Assembly (NCBI GenBank): GCA_046760785.1
Contig: JBHIET010000008.1
Coordinates: forward strand, 414 to 64,413
Source: Anaerolineae bacterium
Lineage (GTDB): Bacteria > Chloroflexota > Anaerolineae > B4-G1
DNA: 64,000 nt
Direction of reading: 5' to 3'
The position numbers were made by a program, and so were the translations under genes. Of this stretch, positions 63,848 through 64,000 are shown piece by piece. How positions within the stretch are numbered: the stretch's first letter is position 1; each line of letters begins with the position of its first letter. The notes below the pieces were generated by a model. That model was not told the DNA's origin. It was given only the letters and a program-made list of their open reading frames with translations, and did not search any database.

Positions 63848-64000
63848 ATTGGCTCTCCTGCCCGTGGCTACCCGCCCTCCTGGCGGGACGGCGGCCGCAA
63901 CGCTCCGATGCCTCCTCCATAGCAGCAAGACGGCGCCCCTCCGCACCTATGGTTATTATACACAGATTGCCAGAATGTGCGAACAGTGATCGTTGAAGTG

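Noticed and set aside
1-64000. A search by eye for tRNA (GGTTCGAATCC-type T-arms), rRNA, tmRNA or RNase P features in all intergenic gaps.
   Set aside because: No convincing candidates were found. The absence should be confirmed with tRNAscan-SE/Infernal, because visual scanning is insensitive for structured RNAs.

Overview
High-GC bacterial chromosomal segment, hand-sampled at about 60-65% GC in most genes and densely coded on both strands. The protein flavour and repeat content suggest a Chloroflexota-like organism, but this is a low-confidence inference. I support about 45 protein genes. Most are core or housekeeping: two GH5-like hydrolases; rtcA-rnz; an IMPase / GAF-PAS class III cyclase / GT2 synthase operon; a DmpA-type peptidase; an ECF transporter operon (fused EcfA1A2, EcfT, S component) behind a structured leader; yceD-rpoD; metG; gmk; L25; rnhB; EPS-type genes (GT4, Wzz-like); an amidohydrolase; smc; asparaginase; rsfS; a giant alpha-2-macroglobulin; cobB; an SPFH protein; ndk; a TPR protein; an HDAC-family deacetylase; DUF1385; a nitroreductase; and a multi-GAF histidine kinase. 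The one clear accessory island lies at about 23.6-32.4 kb. It holds an IS110 transposase remnant interrupted by a decayed IS1-like element, then a SWIM-SNF2 ATPase and a 1373-aa single-chain type IIG restriction-modification enzyme. This pair is the best candidate for an unusual, helicase-assisted or DISARM-like-remnant, defence module. The type IIG gene carries a low-GC specificity cassette and in-frame palindromic/tandem repeat insertions. Other notable observations: (1) an in-frame TGA exactly at the thioester Cys codon of the alpha-2-macroglobulin; (2) an array of 11-bp CGTAACCACCT units and GCGTAACC/GGTTACGC hairpins upstream of smc, split by an IS4/IS5-type insertion; (3) a riboswitch-like leader with tandem terminators before the ECF operon; (4) a 4x heptanucleotide repeat inside the first codons of the asparaginase gene; (5) several MITE-like elements with clean target-site duplications, one in frame inside rnhB; (6) several decayed genes (MFP adaptor, NYN, retropepsin-like protease). 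I recognised no rRNA, tRNA or CRISPR array. All calls come from reading the sequence and ORF translations only; no searches were run.
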